Of a stretch of 64,000 nucleotides of DNA, positions 10,375 to 19,868 are shown in pieces. Location: NCBI GenBank assembly GCA_965367815.1, contig CBDUKN010000002.1, positions 32,001 through 96,000 on the forward strand, in the 5' to 3' direction. A model generated the notes under the pieces. It worked only from the letters and a program-made list of their open reading frames with translations, did no database searches and was not told the origin of the DNA. Position numbers and translations under genes: made by a program. Position 1 is the first letter of the stretch. The number at the start of each line of letters is the position of its first letter. Source of the stretch: an uncultured Thermoprotei archaeon. GTDB lineage: Archaea; Thermoproteota; Thermoprotei; Thermofilales; B15-G2.

Positions 10375-12182
10375 CTTTCATGTTCTCTTTTCTCTTTATA
10401 TAGCTGCTCTATTTTTGCCTCATAACCTTTGATTATATCGTGTCTAGTGAGTATACCTAGTAGATGGTAGTCGTTTCTTGATTTTATTACAGGAAGCCTG
10501 CCTACTCTGTAGGTAATCATTCTGTGAATTACTATATCCAGTGACTCATCTTCATAGGCTACTATAGGCCTTTTCATAATGTCTTTTACTTCGAGTTTAT
10601 CTCTTTTAGAAACAGGTATTTTAGCTACATCCGTATAAGTAACCATACCTATTAGTTTTCCATCAGAGACTACTGGAAAACCAGAGTGCCCTGTCTTTTT
10701 AACTAAATTCACTACGTCACTTAATTTAGCTTCTGGCGATACTGTTACGACATGTTTAACCATGACATCCTTTACTTTAACTGTTTTAAGTATATCTACA
10801 TTGAATTCGCATAAGTGCGCAGGAGACTCTATTCTCGAAAAAACCTGACTAATATATATGCTGTGCCCTCCTGAAACTAGGTAGCTCGTTGCGCAGGCTA
10901 ACATTGCCGGTATTAGTAGGTCATATCCTCCAGTCATTTCAGCAACCATGATCATTGCCGCCAAGGGGACTTTGCCTACTGCCGAGAAAAAGCTCATCAT
11001 TCCAACTATGACGAAGCCTGCCGTATTTAAGTTTAAGTCAAATACCGAGTTAAGAAGCTTTACTAGCCCTCCCCCTATGAGCCCACCTATTACTAGAGAA
11101 GGCGCAAAGACTCCTCCACTACCTCCTGAAGCCACCGTAAGTGAAGTAGTAAGTATCTTTGTTGCACCGACAAGAAGCATTCGCTCAGTACTAAGCTTAT
11201 TGAATATTGCATATTGTATCCATCCATATCCCATTTCCAGAGCCTCTGGTACGGCTATACCTATTAGACCTGTAAGAAGCCCTCCTAAGGCTGGTCTTAA
11301 GTAGGGATTTATTTTAGCCTTTTTAAAGAACCTGTGTATGCCGTAAAATATTTTGACATAAACTATAGCTAAACCGCCCATTATTACGCCCAGTAAGAAG
11401 AAAAAGGGAAGCTCAGCTATATTGAATTCTATGTCTTCAGGTATAGCAAAGATATGTTCAGGACCCCATAAGGAAACAACTATAGTGTAGCCCACTATGG
11501 ATGAAATAAACACTGGCACCCAAGCATCAAATTCAAAATCACGCTTGTACAAGACTTCTAACGCGAAGATAGCTCCGCCTAAGGGCGCTTTGAATATACT
11601 GCCTATTCCTCCTGCTACTCCGCATAAAACAGCTATTCTTCTATCTCTTATAGACAAATGAAGAATATTGGCTATCCAAGAACCAAAGCCTGCTCCTATT
11701 TGAGCAATTGGTCCTTCTCTACCAGCACTTCCACCTGTACCGATTGTTATTGCTGTGGCTATCGACTTAACTATAGGCACTCTCGCCCTAATAAGTCCTC
11801 TTAGCCTATGAAATGCATGTATTACAGAATCTGTTCCATGTCCTTCTGCTTCGGGAGCGAATATGTATACTATGATACCGCAGAGAAGCCCTCCTAACCC
11901 TGTTAAAAGCGGAAAAGCCCACGCTCTCTCTATTTCGAGCTCCAGTTCCTCTATGAGCTCTTTCTCTCCTTCGCCGAGAGGTAGGGGAAAATTGTATCCC
12001 GCGATATTGTTTAAACATAAGTACAGCGCTGTGTCTACAAGTAGCCTTAGCAGCACTGCGCTGAAACCCGAGATAATTCCGATAAGTGTTCCTAAAATAA
12101 ACCACTTTTCGAGAGACTTTATTCTATCAAGGTACATTTTAGAATATTTAAGTGTTCTGAGGTATCGCGCCCTACTTAGCAT
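10350..12182 (-). CDS. CLC chloride channel/antiporter with CBS domain pair
   Basis: GHGTD, GSAGREGP and GGVFAP motifs; two C-terminal CBS domains. Confidence 0.92.
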   Translation of the reverse strand: MLSRARYLRTLKYSKMYLDRIKSLEKWFILGTLIGIISGFSAVLLRLLVDTALYLCLNNIAGYNFPLPLGEGEKELIEELELEIERAWAFPLLTGLGGLLCGIIVYIFAPEAEGHGTDSVIHAFHRLRGLIRARVPIVKSIATAITIGTGGSAGREGPIAQIGAGFGSWIANILHLSIRDRRIAVLCGVAGGIGSIFKAPLGGAIFALEVLYKRDFEFDAWVPVFISSIVGYTIVVSLWGPEHIFAIPEDIEFNIAELPFFFLLGVIMGGLAIVYVKIFYGIHRFFKKAKINPYLRPALGGLLTGLIGIAVPEALEMGYGWIQYAIFNKLSTERMLLVGATKILTTSLTVASGGSGGVFAPSLVIGGLIGGGLVKLLNSVFDLNLNTAGFVIVGMMSFFSAVGKVPLAAMIMVAEMTGGYDLLIPAMLACATSYLVSGGHSIYISQVFSRIESPAHLCEFNVDILKTVKVKDVMVKHVVTVSPEAKLSDVVNLVKKTGHSGFPVVSDGKLIGMVTYTDVAKIPVSKRDKLEVKDIMKRPIVAYEDESLDIVIHRMITYRVGRLPVIKSRNDYHLLGILTRHDIIKGYEAKIEQLYKEKREHESQYVESSS

Positions 12183-12304
12183 ACTTCTATCACTATGGAT
12201 AACAAAACCAATTATTTAAGTTTCTTTTAAAATCCCTTACATGGATCATTTGCCTACGGTTTTCTTTATACGAGGTAACTTAGAGAAAACTTCCTCAGCC
12301 ACAA

Positions 12305-13672
12305 CTATTGTCTTACACCGTTTAAGTTCATTTCAGCTAGCTTTCCTAAAGGCGACTTACTGCGATCTCTTACCTGGTACTCCATTAGGCTAACTCTGCC
12401 AGACATCGTAAAGGTAATTGATGAAGCTATCATTAATGGTACTAAGAGCTTATAGTTTCCGCTAAGCTCGCCTACTAAAGAAATAGCCGTTAAAGGTGTT
12501 TTCGCGGCGCCAGCTATGAATGCTCCTAAGCCTACTAGCGCGAATTTAGATGGATGATCAACAAGCTCGGGAACAATATCTTTGAATAACAGGCCTATGC
12601 TCCCCCCTGCTGTAGTTCCAATGAATATGGCTGGAGCTAGAAGCCCGCCACTGGCACCTGAACCTACTGTAAGCGATGTAGCGATAATCTTCAGTATTGT
12701 TATTATAAAAAGTCTTTCCATATCCTTAGGTTCTAATAGAGTTTCTTCGATAGTATCATAACCTAGCCCCATTACTTCAGGATAAAATACTCCAATTAAT
12801 CCCGTCAAGAAGCCGCCTAAAGCACATCTTATGGGTAGAGGAAGCTTAGTTTTCTCAAACATATGTGAAATTTTCTCAAATATTACTGAATACAATATTG
12901 CTATAAATCCTAGGAAGACTCCTTCAATAGCATATAGTCCTAGCTCCTCTATTGAAGTTACTTCAAGCTGAAGTGTGTGGAACCTGGGCTCCCAGCCCAC
13001 AAAAGAGGCGTATATCGAATATGATATAGCTGAGGCTAAAACACAGGGTAGCAGAGCTACTACCTCAACATCATATACATATGGTAATTCTACTGCGAAA
13101 AAGGCTCCAGAAAGAGGAGCCCTAAATACACTTCCGATAGCCGCAGCGACTCCCGCGAGCATGAGCACCCTTCTTTCAAGTACTCTTAACCTTAGCTCAT
13201 GTGCTACAATAGACCCTAGTCCACCACCTATCTGAACCATAGGTCCTTCGTAGCCAGCACTACCTCCAGAAGATATTGTGAAAGCAGAAGCGATGAATTT
13301 GAGGAAAGGTACTCTCTTTCTAGTAAGTCCTAATTTCTCATGATAAGCTTCTAACATCTGCTTAGTTCCTGAACCTTTAATTTCAGAAGCCATAGTCTGA
13401 GCTATTAGCCCTGCTAATCCGCATCCCATAGGAGTTACTATTAGAAAAACGTAGGGATAAGGTATGTGGAACTTCTCAGGAACTTCCTCAAGAAGTATCT
13501 CCGAAAGCCATTCTACTGTGAAATGAAATATTGTTACTGTAAATCCAACTACTATTCCTATACATATGGCTAAAAAAATCCATCTGAAGAAAAATCTATG
13601 AGGTATTCCAATGAAGAACGCCTTCAATACCCTAATTTTACGCCTTATAACAGCCCCCAGCATTGCTGCCAT
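12305..13672 (-). CDS. CLC chloride channel family protein without CBS domains
   Basis: GSGTK, GSAGYEGP and GGLLAP motifs. Confidence 0.9.
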   Translation of the reverse strand: MAAMLGAVIRRKIRVLKAFFIGIPHRFFFRWIFLAICIGIVVGFTVTIFHFTVEWLSEILLEEVPEKFHIPYPYVFLIVTPMGCGLAGLIAQTMASEIKGSGTKQMLEAYHEKLGLTRKRVPFLKFIASAFTISSGGSAGYEGPMVQIGGGLGSIVAHELRLRVLERRVLMLAGVAAAIGSVFRAPLSGAFFAVELPYVYDVEVVALLPCVLASAISYSIYASFVGWEPRFHTLQLEVTSIEELGLYAIEGVFLGFIAILYSVIFEKISHMFEKTKLPLPIRCALGGFLTGLIGVFYPEVMGLGYDTIEETLLEPKDMERLFIITILKIIATSLTVGSGASGGLLAPAIFIGTTAGGSIGLLFKDIVPELVDHPSKFALVGLGAFIAGAAKTPLTAISLVGELSGNYKLLVPLMIASSITFTMSGRVSLMEYQVRDRSKSPLGKLAEMNLNGVRQ

Positions 13673-13721
13673 CTTCGAGAAAAAATATATTCAGGCATAA
13701 ATATTTAGCCTAGACACAACT

Positions 13722-14357
13722 ATGAGAATAATTATTGCTGGAGGTAAGGGTGTAGGAGAAGCTATTGCTAAAGAACTTTTAAGAGAAGGACACGAGGTAA
13801 CGGTAATAGACAGTGCCCCAGAAGTATGTGAACACTTGCTGACAGAACATCCTGAGTTATCTATTCTCTGCGGGGATGTAACAAACCCTAAGCTGCTCGA
13901 AGAAGCAGGCATAAAAAATGCGGACGCTTTTATTGCGGTAACGGAAAGAGATGACATTAATGTAATTACAGCAATGTTAGCTAAAAAGTATGGTGTTGAG
14001 AAAATTATTCTTAGTATAAGGCACCCTGTTTATCGTGAAATATGCGAAATGCTCGATCTGAAAACCGTGGTAGATTTCTTTGAGTCCGCGGCTATTAGAA
14101 TAAGAATGCTTCTCGAAGGAGAGGCACTTTTAGAACTGGAAAAATGTATTGGAAGAGACTTTGACTTAAAAGAGAAAGTTGTAACTAAAGGAGATCATGG
14201 TAAGAAAATAACGGAAATTCTGGCTGAAGACGAGTATCCAATAGTTGTTTTAAGAAAAAAGGACGCGTTTATTCCTGAAGCAAATCTTCTGCTTGAGGAG
14301 GGAGATAAAGTAGTTTACATCAAGAAAAGGAAGAAGCCAACATTATTACACTTTTAG
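13722..14357 (+). CDS. TrkA/KtrA-type RCK regulatory protein
   Basis: IIIAGGKGVG Rossmann motif, GDVT...AGIKNADAFIAVT; RCK-C-like tail. Confidence 0.85.
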   Translation: MRIIIAGGKGVGEAIAKELLREGHEVTVIDSAPEVCEHLLTEHPELSILCGDVTNPKLLEEAGIKNADAFIAVTERDDINVITAMLAKKYGVEKIILSIRHPVYREICEMLDLKTVVDFFESAAIRIRMLLEGEALLELEKCIGRDFDLKEKVVTKGDHGKKITEILAEDEYPIVVLRKKDAFIPEANLLLEEGDKVVYIKKRKKPTLLHF

Positions 14358-14411
14358 CATCCAGTGGACTGTCAAACTAGAGTGTTTCTCAGTTAGCTTC
14401 AGCTTTTCAGA

Positions 14412-14630
14412 TTATCCACCATCAGATAACTGCAAAATTTCAATGGACTCCCCCTCTTTTACTTTAACTGAGAACGGTTCATAGATTATTTTACCTTTAT
14501 ATGATATTATGACTGAATCGTACCTGATTCCTAGTTTATAGAGAACTTTAGCTATAGTTGCTCCTTCTTTTACTTCAATAATCTCTTCGCGAGGAGGAAT
14601 ATTGTATTTGAGTAGTACCTTGACCTTCAT
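14412..14630 (-). CDS. ThiS/MoaD/SAMP-like ubiquitin-fold sulfur carrier
   Basis: 72 aa, beta-grasp-like sequence pattern, C-terminal GG (LSDGG). Confidence 0.75.
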   Translation of the reverse strand: MKVKVLLKYNIPPREEIIEVKEGATIAKVLYKLGIRYDSVIISYKGKIIYEPFSVKVKEGESIEILQLSDGG

Positions 14631-14642
14631 ACTCTACACACA

Positions 14643-14698
14643 TCAGCTCGGGGAGTTAGGATTCGTCGTCATAGCTCGGTTCCGAGGTCGCTCATCAT
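14643..14698 (-). ncRNA. Box C/D guide sRNA overlapping the 3' end of the ABC ATPase gene
   Basis: Minus strand reads ATGATGA-GCGACCTCGGAA-CCGA-gct-ATGACGA-CGAATCCTAACTCC-CCGA-g-CTGA. Confidence 0.75.
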
Positions 14699-15575
14699 GA
14701 AGCTTAACTTTAATTCGCTTCAACTTCTTTAGTATTTCATTTTTGGCCTTTAAATATTCTTCGGCTGAAAGAGTACCTGATTCAGCCATTCTTTTTAAGC
14801 CTTTAGCTGTTAACTCAAGCAGTTTAAGTTGAGCCAGAAGAATATTGTAGTCGTATTCAGCTGTTATTTTGAGTTTGAGAGCTTCCTCCATTGAATAGAA
14901 GAGCTTGCCGTCTCTAATGAATACTGTTCGATGAGCTATTTGTGTTAACTCAGGATTATGGGTTACTATAACGAAAGTAACTCCAAGGTACTCGTTAAGA
15001 CATCTGACCAGTCTTAATATACTTGCCGCAGAGACTATATCTACTGCTCCAGTGGGCTCATCCATTAGTATTACTGAAGGTTCATTTGCAAGCGCTCTCG
15101 CTATAGCAACTCTCTGCTGCTGGCCTCCCGAAAGCTGGCTCGGTCTATGATAAGCCCACTTCTCTAATCCAACTAACTTTAGTAAAATTAATGCTCTCTC
15201 TTTACATTCCTTTAAAGTATATCTGCCGCTGAAGAACATGGGCAACATCACATTTTCTAAGGCAGTCAAAGTGGAAATCAAGTTATACATTTGAAAAACA
15301 AATCCCAGCTTAAGGCATCTGAGATGGGTTAACTCTTTTTCGCTTAAATCAGTGACATCAATATCATCGATTATTACCTTTCCTGATGTAGGTCTGTCAA
15401 GAGTACCCATGATATTCAAAAGAGTGCTTTTTCCTGAGCCAGAAGGTCCCATTATGCACAGAATTTCACCTTCATATACCTCTAAGTTAATATTATCGAG
15501 TGCTCTAACACTAACCTCTTTCGAAACATCGTATACTTTAGTTACATTAATAAGCTTGACTACGGGCTTATTCAT
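14643..15575 (-). CDS. ABC transporter ATP-binding protein (LolD/MacB-like)
   Basis: GPSGSGKST, LSGGQQQRV, MDEPTG, VTH. Confidence 0.92.
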   Translation of the reverse strand: MNKPVVKLINVTKVYDVSKEVSVRALDNINLEVYEGEILCIMGPSGSGKSTLLNIMGTLDRPTSGKVIIDDIDVTDLSEKELTHLRCLKLGFVFQMYNLISTLTALENVMLPMFFSGRYTLKECKERALILLKLVGLEKWAYHRPSQLSGGQQQRVAIARALANEPSVILMDEPTGAVDIVSAASILRLVRCLNEYLGVTFVIVTHNPELTQIAHRTVFIRDGKLFYSMEEALKLKITAEYDYNILLAQLKLLELTAKGLKRMAESGTLSAEEYLKAKNEILKKLKRIKVKLHDERPRNRAMTTNPNSPS

Positions 15576-16734
15576 ATCTAAGAGCCTCCAAAGGCCTTAT
15601 CTTTGCAGCAGACCAAGAAGGATAAAATGCTGATAGTAAACTGATAAATACCGCTATAAGGATACCTAAAAGAGCTACTTCTGAAACAAAGAATATCGGT
15701 ATTTCCATCATTAAACCCATTTTAAGCAAAAGGAACTTCACAAAGTGGGCCTCAACATAGCCTACAACAACGCCTAAGACGCCACCTATTATACTCATTA
15801 AGAACGCTTCAGTTAGAAATATCACAAGAATATGTGTACTGTCTGCTCCTATAGCTTTCATAATTCCTATCTCTCTTACATGCTCTCTCGCAGTCATAGT
15901 CATAGTATTCATTACACCTAAAGCAGCTACTAATAGCCCTATTAAAGTGATCGCCATTAACACGCCCTCTATAACTTTAAGAACTTTCATAATGGTTTCT
16001 AGTATATCTTTTTGCTGAACAATACTAGCTTTGGGGAAAATTTTCTTAATTTCATGTTTAACAAAATCTATTGAAACTCCTTCATTTATTTTAATCAGTA
16101 TATGACTTACATACCCCTTTCTGCCAATCATATCCTGTAACTTTTCTAAAGACATAGCTGCGCCAGAAAACAGGGATGCTCCCTTTATTCCAAGAAAAGA
16201 TGATGAAATACCTACTACCTTTAAGTACTCGACTTTAGATGAAATATAAAGTGCTTTTACAGGGAGATACTTACCTAAGATTACTTTATTTTCAGAAAAA
16301 ACAGACTCGTCTACCAAAAGAAAATCCGTTTCATTTTCATAAGGGAGCCTACCTCTAATAACTGTCACATTAAAGAAAGATACTAGATCTTCTCTCCTTA
16401 CTCCAGCTAAGTAGCATCGAGATACTCCCACTTTACCTGTAATGAAAATTACTGGCGCAGCATTCTTTACTCCAGGAATCTGCTTGACTATGTCGACTAC
16501 TGATTCAGGTATGTTTATTTCCTCGCTAACTATTATCAGATCTGCACTAATGAGACCTTTTAGTTGCTTTTCTACTTCACTATGCATACCTATGCCCACA
16601 GTTCTCAATGCTACAAGAGTAGACACGCTAACAACTATAGCTAGTACTGTAAGGCATGTTCTAGCTTTACGGGTGCACATGTCTCTTACTGAGAAAAGAA
16701 CAGCTACTTGCAAAATACCTATAATCTTCCACAT
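15568..16734 (-). CDS. ABC transporter permease (MacB/FtsX-like)
   Basis: R.CLT.LAI N-terminal TM; REIGIMKAIGA; PSWSAAKIRPLEALRYE C-terminus. Confidence 0.9.
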   Translation of the reverse strand: MWKIIGILQVAVLFSVRDMCTRKARTCLTVLAIVVSVSTLVALRTVGIGMHSEVEKQLKGLISADLIIVSEEINIPESVVDIVKQIPGVKNAAPVIFITGKVGVSRCYLAGVRREDLVSFFNVTVIRGRLPYENETDFLLVDESVFSENKVILGKYLPVKALYISSKVEYLKVVGISSSFLGIKGASLFSGAAMSLEKLQDMIGRKGYVSHILIKINEGVSIDFVKHEIKKIFPKASIVQQKDILETIMKVLKVIEGVLMAITLIGLLVAALGVMNTMTMTAREHVREIGIMKAIGADSTHILVIFLTEAFLMSIIGGVLGVVVGYVEAHFVKFLLLKMGLMMEIPIFFVSEVALLGILIAVFISLLSAFYPSWSAAKIRPLEALRYE

Positions 16735-16773
16735 TCGACTAAACTAAATAGAACTACTTAATATTCTCTTAGC

Positions 16774-17241
16774 TTAGTAGAATAGTTCAGATATATTACA
16801 GTCTTGTATGCTCTCTATATTTTTAAAGTCTTTCAATACGTTTTCAACGAAGTGCTTAACTCCGTAGATCGCACTATTAAACTCTGTTTAAAAAATTGTT
16901 GTATTCTAAAGCTTTCTTATGAATTTTCTGTGTGAATAAAAATATCGCCTTCCTTTGTTAAGCCATAAGTAATTTCGTACATAGATAATACGTATCCATT
17001 AGAAGCCTCTCGTAAAGCTTTGCTTTATCGATATCAGAAGATATAGTGCTGCGGGAAAGAAGCAGAGATACTATTAGAACTTGCTTTTCACCATATCTCA
17101 CGAAGACAGTAGCTAAAGCGTATCCTCCTCCCGAAAGACTTATCTGAAAGGCAGCACGAAAACTCTTTCACTCTCATTATACTCGTACTTCAAGTTCATT
17201 TGATCAAGAAAACTCTTTATCTTCTCTGCTATCTTATCCAT
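16774..17241 (-). pseudogene. Frameshifted remnant of a ~150 aa protein, possibly YbjN-like chaperone fold
   Basis: Manual translation gives MDKIAEKIKSFLDQMNLKYEYNESERVFVLPF, then in shifted frames KAKLYERLLMDTYY, YEITYGLTKEGDIFIHTE and EFNSAIYGVKHFVENVLK. Confidence 0.55.
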
Positions 17242-17332
17242 GGAATTAGAGCAGTGTCAGACAATATATCTGTTGCGCTTAGCTCTAAGTCACAACGTGA
17301 CACTTTTATACAGCTTTGCCTACAAATACTGA

Positions 17333-17382
17333 GTGATGAACGCTGGAACAGCTGAATAGTGAAGAAAAGAAGAGTCAGCTGA
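17333..17382 (+). ncRNA. Box C/D guide sRNA
   Basis: C GTGATGA 17333-39, guide ACGCTGGAACAG, D' CTGA 17352-55, C' GTGAAGA 17359-65, guide AAAGAAGAGTCAG, D CTGA 17379-82. Confidence 0.85.
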
Positions 17383-17423
17383 AAACTTTTATTCTCCTTC
17401 TTCGTATTATCGCATACCCCGCC

Positions 17424-17490
17424 TTCCCCGCCTACATGACGACCTTAGGGGGATGAGAATGAGTGTTAGGTCGGCCAGCGGGGGACATTA
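17424..17490 (+). ncRNA. Putative H/ACA pseudouridylation guide sRNA
   Basis: Lower stem TCCCCGC/GCGGGGG, internal loop, upper stem CGACCT/AGGTCG, apical GGATGA...TGA K-loop-like motif, ACA at 17485-87. Confidence 0.6.
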
Positions 17491-18456
17491 TTCTCTTAAA
17501 TAGTTTATCATGATCGGTATTATTTTACTTAAGAACATTGCCGAGTACTTTACACTTTTATCCATTCGCTTAAGAATTTTTCTTTTGAGATCAGTATACA
17601 CTACTATTGCTTCTCCTCTAAGTCTATGTAATCTTTTCTCTGGATGAGGAATATCTAGTATTACTCTTGTTTTAACACCCATTATAAGTTCTCCATCGAC
17701 TTTTATTTCTACATAGTTTTTCTCAAAAGTTTCCGCGACTTTAGGTGGAGCGGGACAATCTACTAGTGAGGATAACGAGAAATATTCCGTAGAATTCTTG
17801 AAAGTAGCTGCAATTATTAGTTGAGTTAACTCTTCTTCACGATTAAAAGGACTAAGTATAAAGCCTATAAGTGGTGAAGCTCCTTCAAAAGGAGGACTTC
17901 TAATCAATAGCACAGTCGAGTCCCCTAAATATACTAGAAGCCCTGAAGTCCGCACATAACTAATAGACTTAGCAGTCTTCAATTTACTTTTAATAGAACT
18001 AACTACGAATGCATCGTCTTTTGCATACGTTATATACGGATGACAAAAAATAGCATACGTTATACAAATAATTATGGTCAAAATGAAGTAAATTGCGGCC
18101 GCTACTTCACTTATTTCTCCCAGCTTTCCTTCAATAGCGCAGACTAGTACAGCCACTATCTCAGTAAATAAGTATATTGTGATTACGTCAGATAAGCCTA
18201 GACCCTTAAAAATACATCCTAAGTGAGATGCCCCATACTTGAACTCTGGCACCACCTTCTTAACGGCTACTCCTGCCATCATCCTACTTAGCCATATTAA
18301 CAAAAATCCTGCCGTAAGGAAAAATATGGCTAAAAACAGATCCTCTATATTAAAGTAGACAATATACATTCCAAGTAATGGAGCATGAAGCACTACGAAG
18401 ATTAACCCAGCGACTAGCAATAGTAGGTTTAACACATAATCTTTCCTCAACAGCAT
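17488..18456 (-). CDS. Hypothetical membrane protein
   Basis: 322 aa ORF with about 4 hydrophobic N-terminal segments; no recognised motif. Confidence 0.65.
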   Translation of the reverse strand: MLLRKDYVLNLLLLVAGLIFVVLHAPLLGMYIVYFNIEDLFLAIFFLTAGFLLIWLSRMMAGVAVKKVVPEFKYGASHLGCIFKGLGLSDVITIYLFTEIVAVLVCAIEGKLGEISEVAAAIYFILTIIICITYAIFCHPYITYAKDDAFVVSSIKSKLKTAKSISYVRTSGLLVYLGDSTVLLIRSPPFEGASPLIGFILSPFNREEELTQLIIAATFKNSTEYFSLSSLVDCPAPPKVAETFEKNYVEIKVDGELIMGVKTRVILDIPHPEKRLHRLRGEAIVVYTDLKRKILKRMDKSVKYSAMFLSKIIPIMINYLRE

Positions 18457-18495
18457 TTAAATTTTTAATGAAAATAGAATCAAGTACATCAGAAA

Positions 18496-18543
18496 TCAGC
18501 TGTCCTGGCCTTCCGCACTGCTCGGCGTAGTTCCGGTCATCAT
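18496..18543 (-). ncRNA. Box C/D guide sRNA
   Basis: Minus strand reads ATGATGA-CCGGAACTACG-CCGA-(degenerate C')-AGGCCAGGACAG-CTGA in a GC-rich intergenic patch. Confidence 0.78.
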
Positions 18544-18647
18544 CTACATATTATTTCCTAGTTGAACTTTATTAACTTAATGTCCTTTTCAAAGACCTCT
18601 AAGGGAAAGTATTATTTTAAAGCCGATTGTAATTTAAATAGGGGCCT

Positions 18648-19670
18648 GTGAGAGCTTTTAGGATAATCGGTCCTCTTAAAGGCGAAGTAGTTGAACAGAA
18701 GGTATATGAAATTAAAGCAAATGAAGTCCTAGTTCGGGTTGGCGCATGTGGTATTTGTGGAACCGACATACATATTTTCAAAGGAGAATTGCCTCTCAAA
18801 TATCCTGTAGTGCCTGGACACGAGATCTCAGGCGAAGTAATTGAAGTGGGTAGTGAAGTTCAGTTTTTCCGAAAAGGCGACAAAGTAGCTGTTAACCCTA
18901 ATTTATATTGCAGGAAATGCTATTACTGTAAAAGAGGGCTCGTACATTTTTGTGAAAACTGGAAGGCTATAGGTATTCACTTACCAGGAGGTTTTGCTGA
19001 ATACGTTAAGGTTCCTGAATTTCTTTTGCATAAAGTTCCCGAAACACTTTCTTTCGAGGAAGCTGCTTTCGCGGAACCTATTGCATGTTGTCTTCACGGT
19101 ATACGGAGGCTTGAAATAAGTACGGGAGACAAGGTAGCTGTATTTGGGTTAGGTCCTATAGGACTTATTCACATACAGTTAGCTAAGATGTCTGGCGCTT
19201 CTTTAGTGGTAGGTATTGATCTTATTGAGAAAAAACTAAAAATAGCTGAAAGCCTTGGAGCAGACTACACCATCAATGCCGGCTCAAAAGATCCTGTTAA
19301 AGAGATAATGAGTTTGACTGAAGGTAGAGGCGTAGATAAAGTTATTGAGGCTACAGGTAGCCCTAAGGTACTTGAACAAGCTCTTAGAGTAATTGACTAC
19401 TGCGGGAAAATACTCGTTTTCGGTGTTGCTCCACCAGAGGCTAAAGTCAATATCTCTCCGTACATAGTTTACCGAAAGGAAGTCACGATAATGGGCTCTT
19501 TTACGAATCCCTTTACAACAGAAGATTCCGTGAAACTGCTTTCGAGCGGCGTAGTTAAAGTAAAGCCTCTAGTATCTCACGTAATACGTCTAGAAGACAT
19601 AGTAGAATACTTCAATAGAATTATGAGGAGAGACAAGGATATAATAAAAGTTCTCGTGAAGCCAGGATAG
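18648..19670 (+). CDS. Zinc-dependent alcohol/polyol dehydrogenase (MDR family)
   Basis: CGICGTD, GHE, CRKCYYC...C, GLGPIG. Confidence 0.92.
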   Translation: MRAFRIIGPLKGEVVEQKVYEIKANEVLVRVGACGICGTDIHIFKGELPLKYPVVPGHEISGEVIEVGSEVQFFRKGDKVAVNPNLYCRKCYYCKRGLVHFCENWKAIGIHLPGGFAEYVKVPEFLLHKVPETLSFEEAAFAEPIACCLHGIRRLEISTGDKVAVFGLGPIGLIHIQLAKMSGASLVVGIDLIEKKLKIAESLGADYTINAGSKDPVKEIMSLTEGRGVDKVIEATGSPKVLEQALRVIDYCGKILVFGVAPPEAKVNISPYIVYRKEVTIMGSFTNPFTTEDSVKLLSSGVVKVKPLVSHVIRLEDIVEYFNRIMRRDKDIIKVLVKPG

Positions 19671-19868
19671 TCCACTTTGATTTAGAAGCGAGTATTTGAA
19701 AAATTTATATACTTTTGGATAGATTTATATCGGGGTCTGGTGATGGAGCGCCAACCAAGATAACTTTAGAAGCATACTACTCTCAGCTACTTGGCGCTAG
19801 CTTCTTTTCAGTAGAAAAGATTTTAGAGCTTAAGTCTATAAGCCTTTGTCTTCCAGGAGGTGAAGGAA

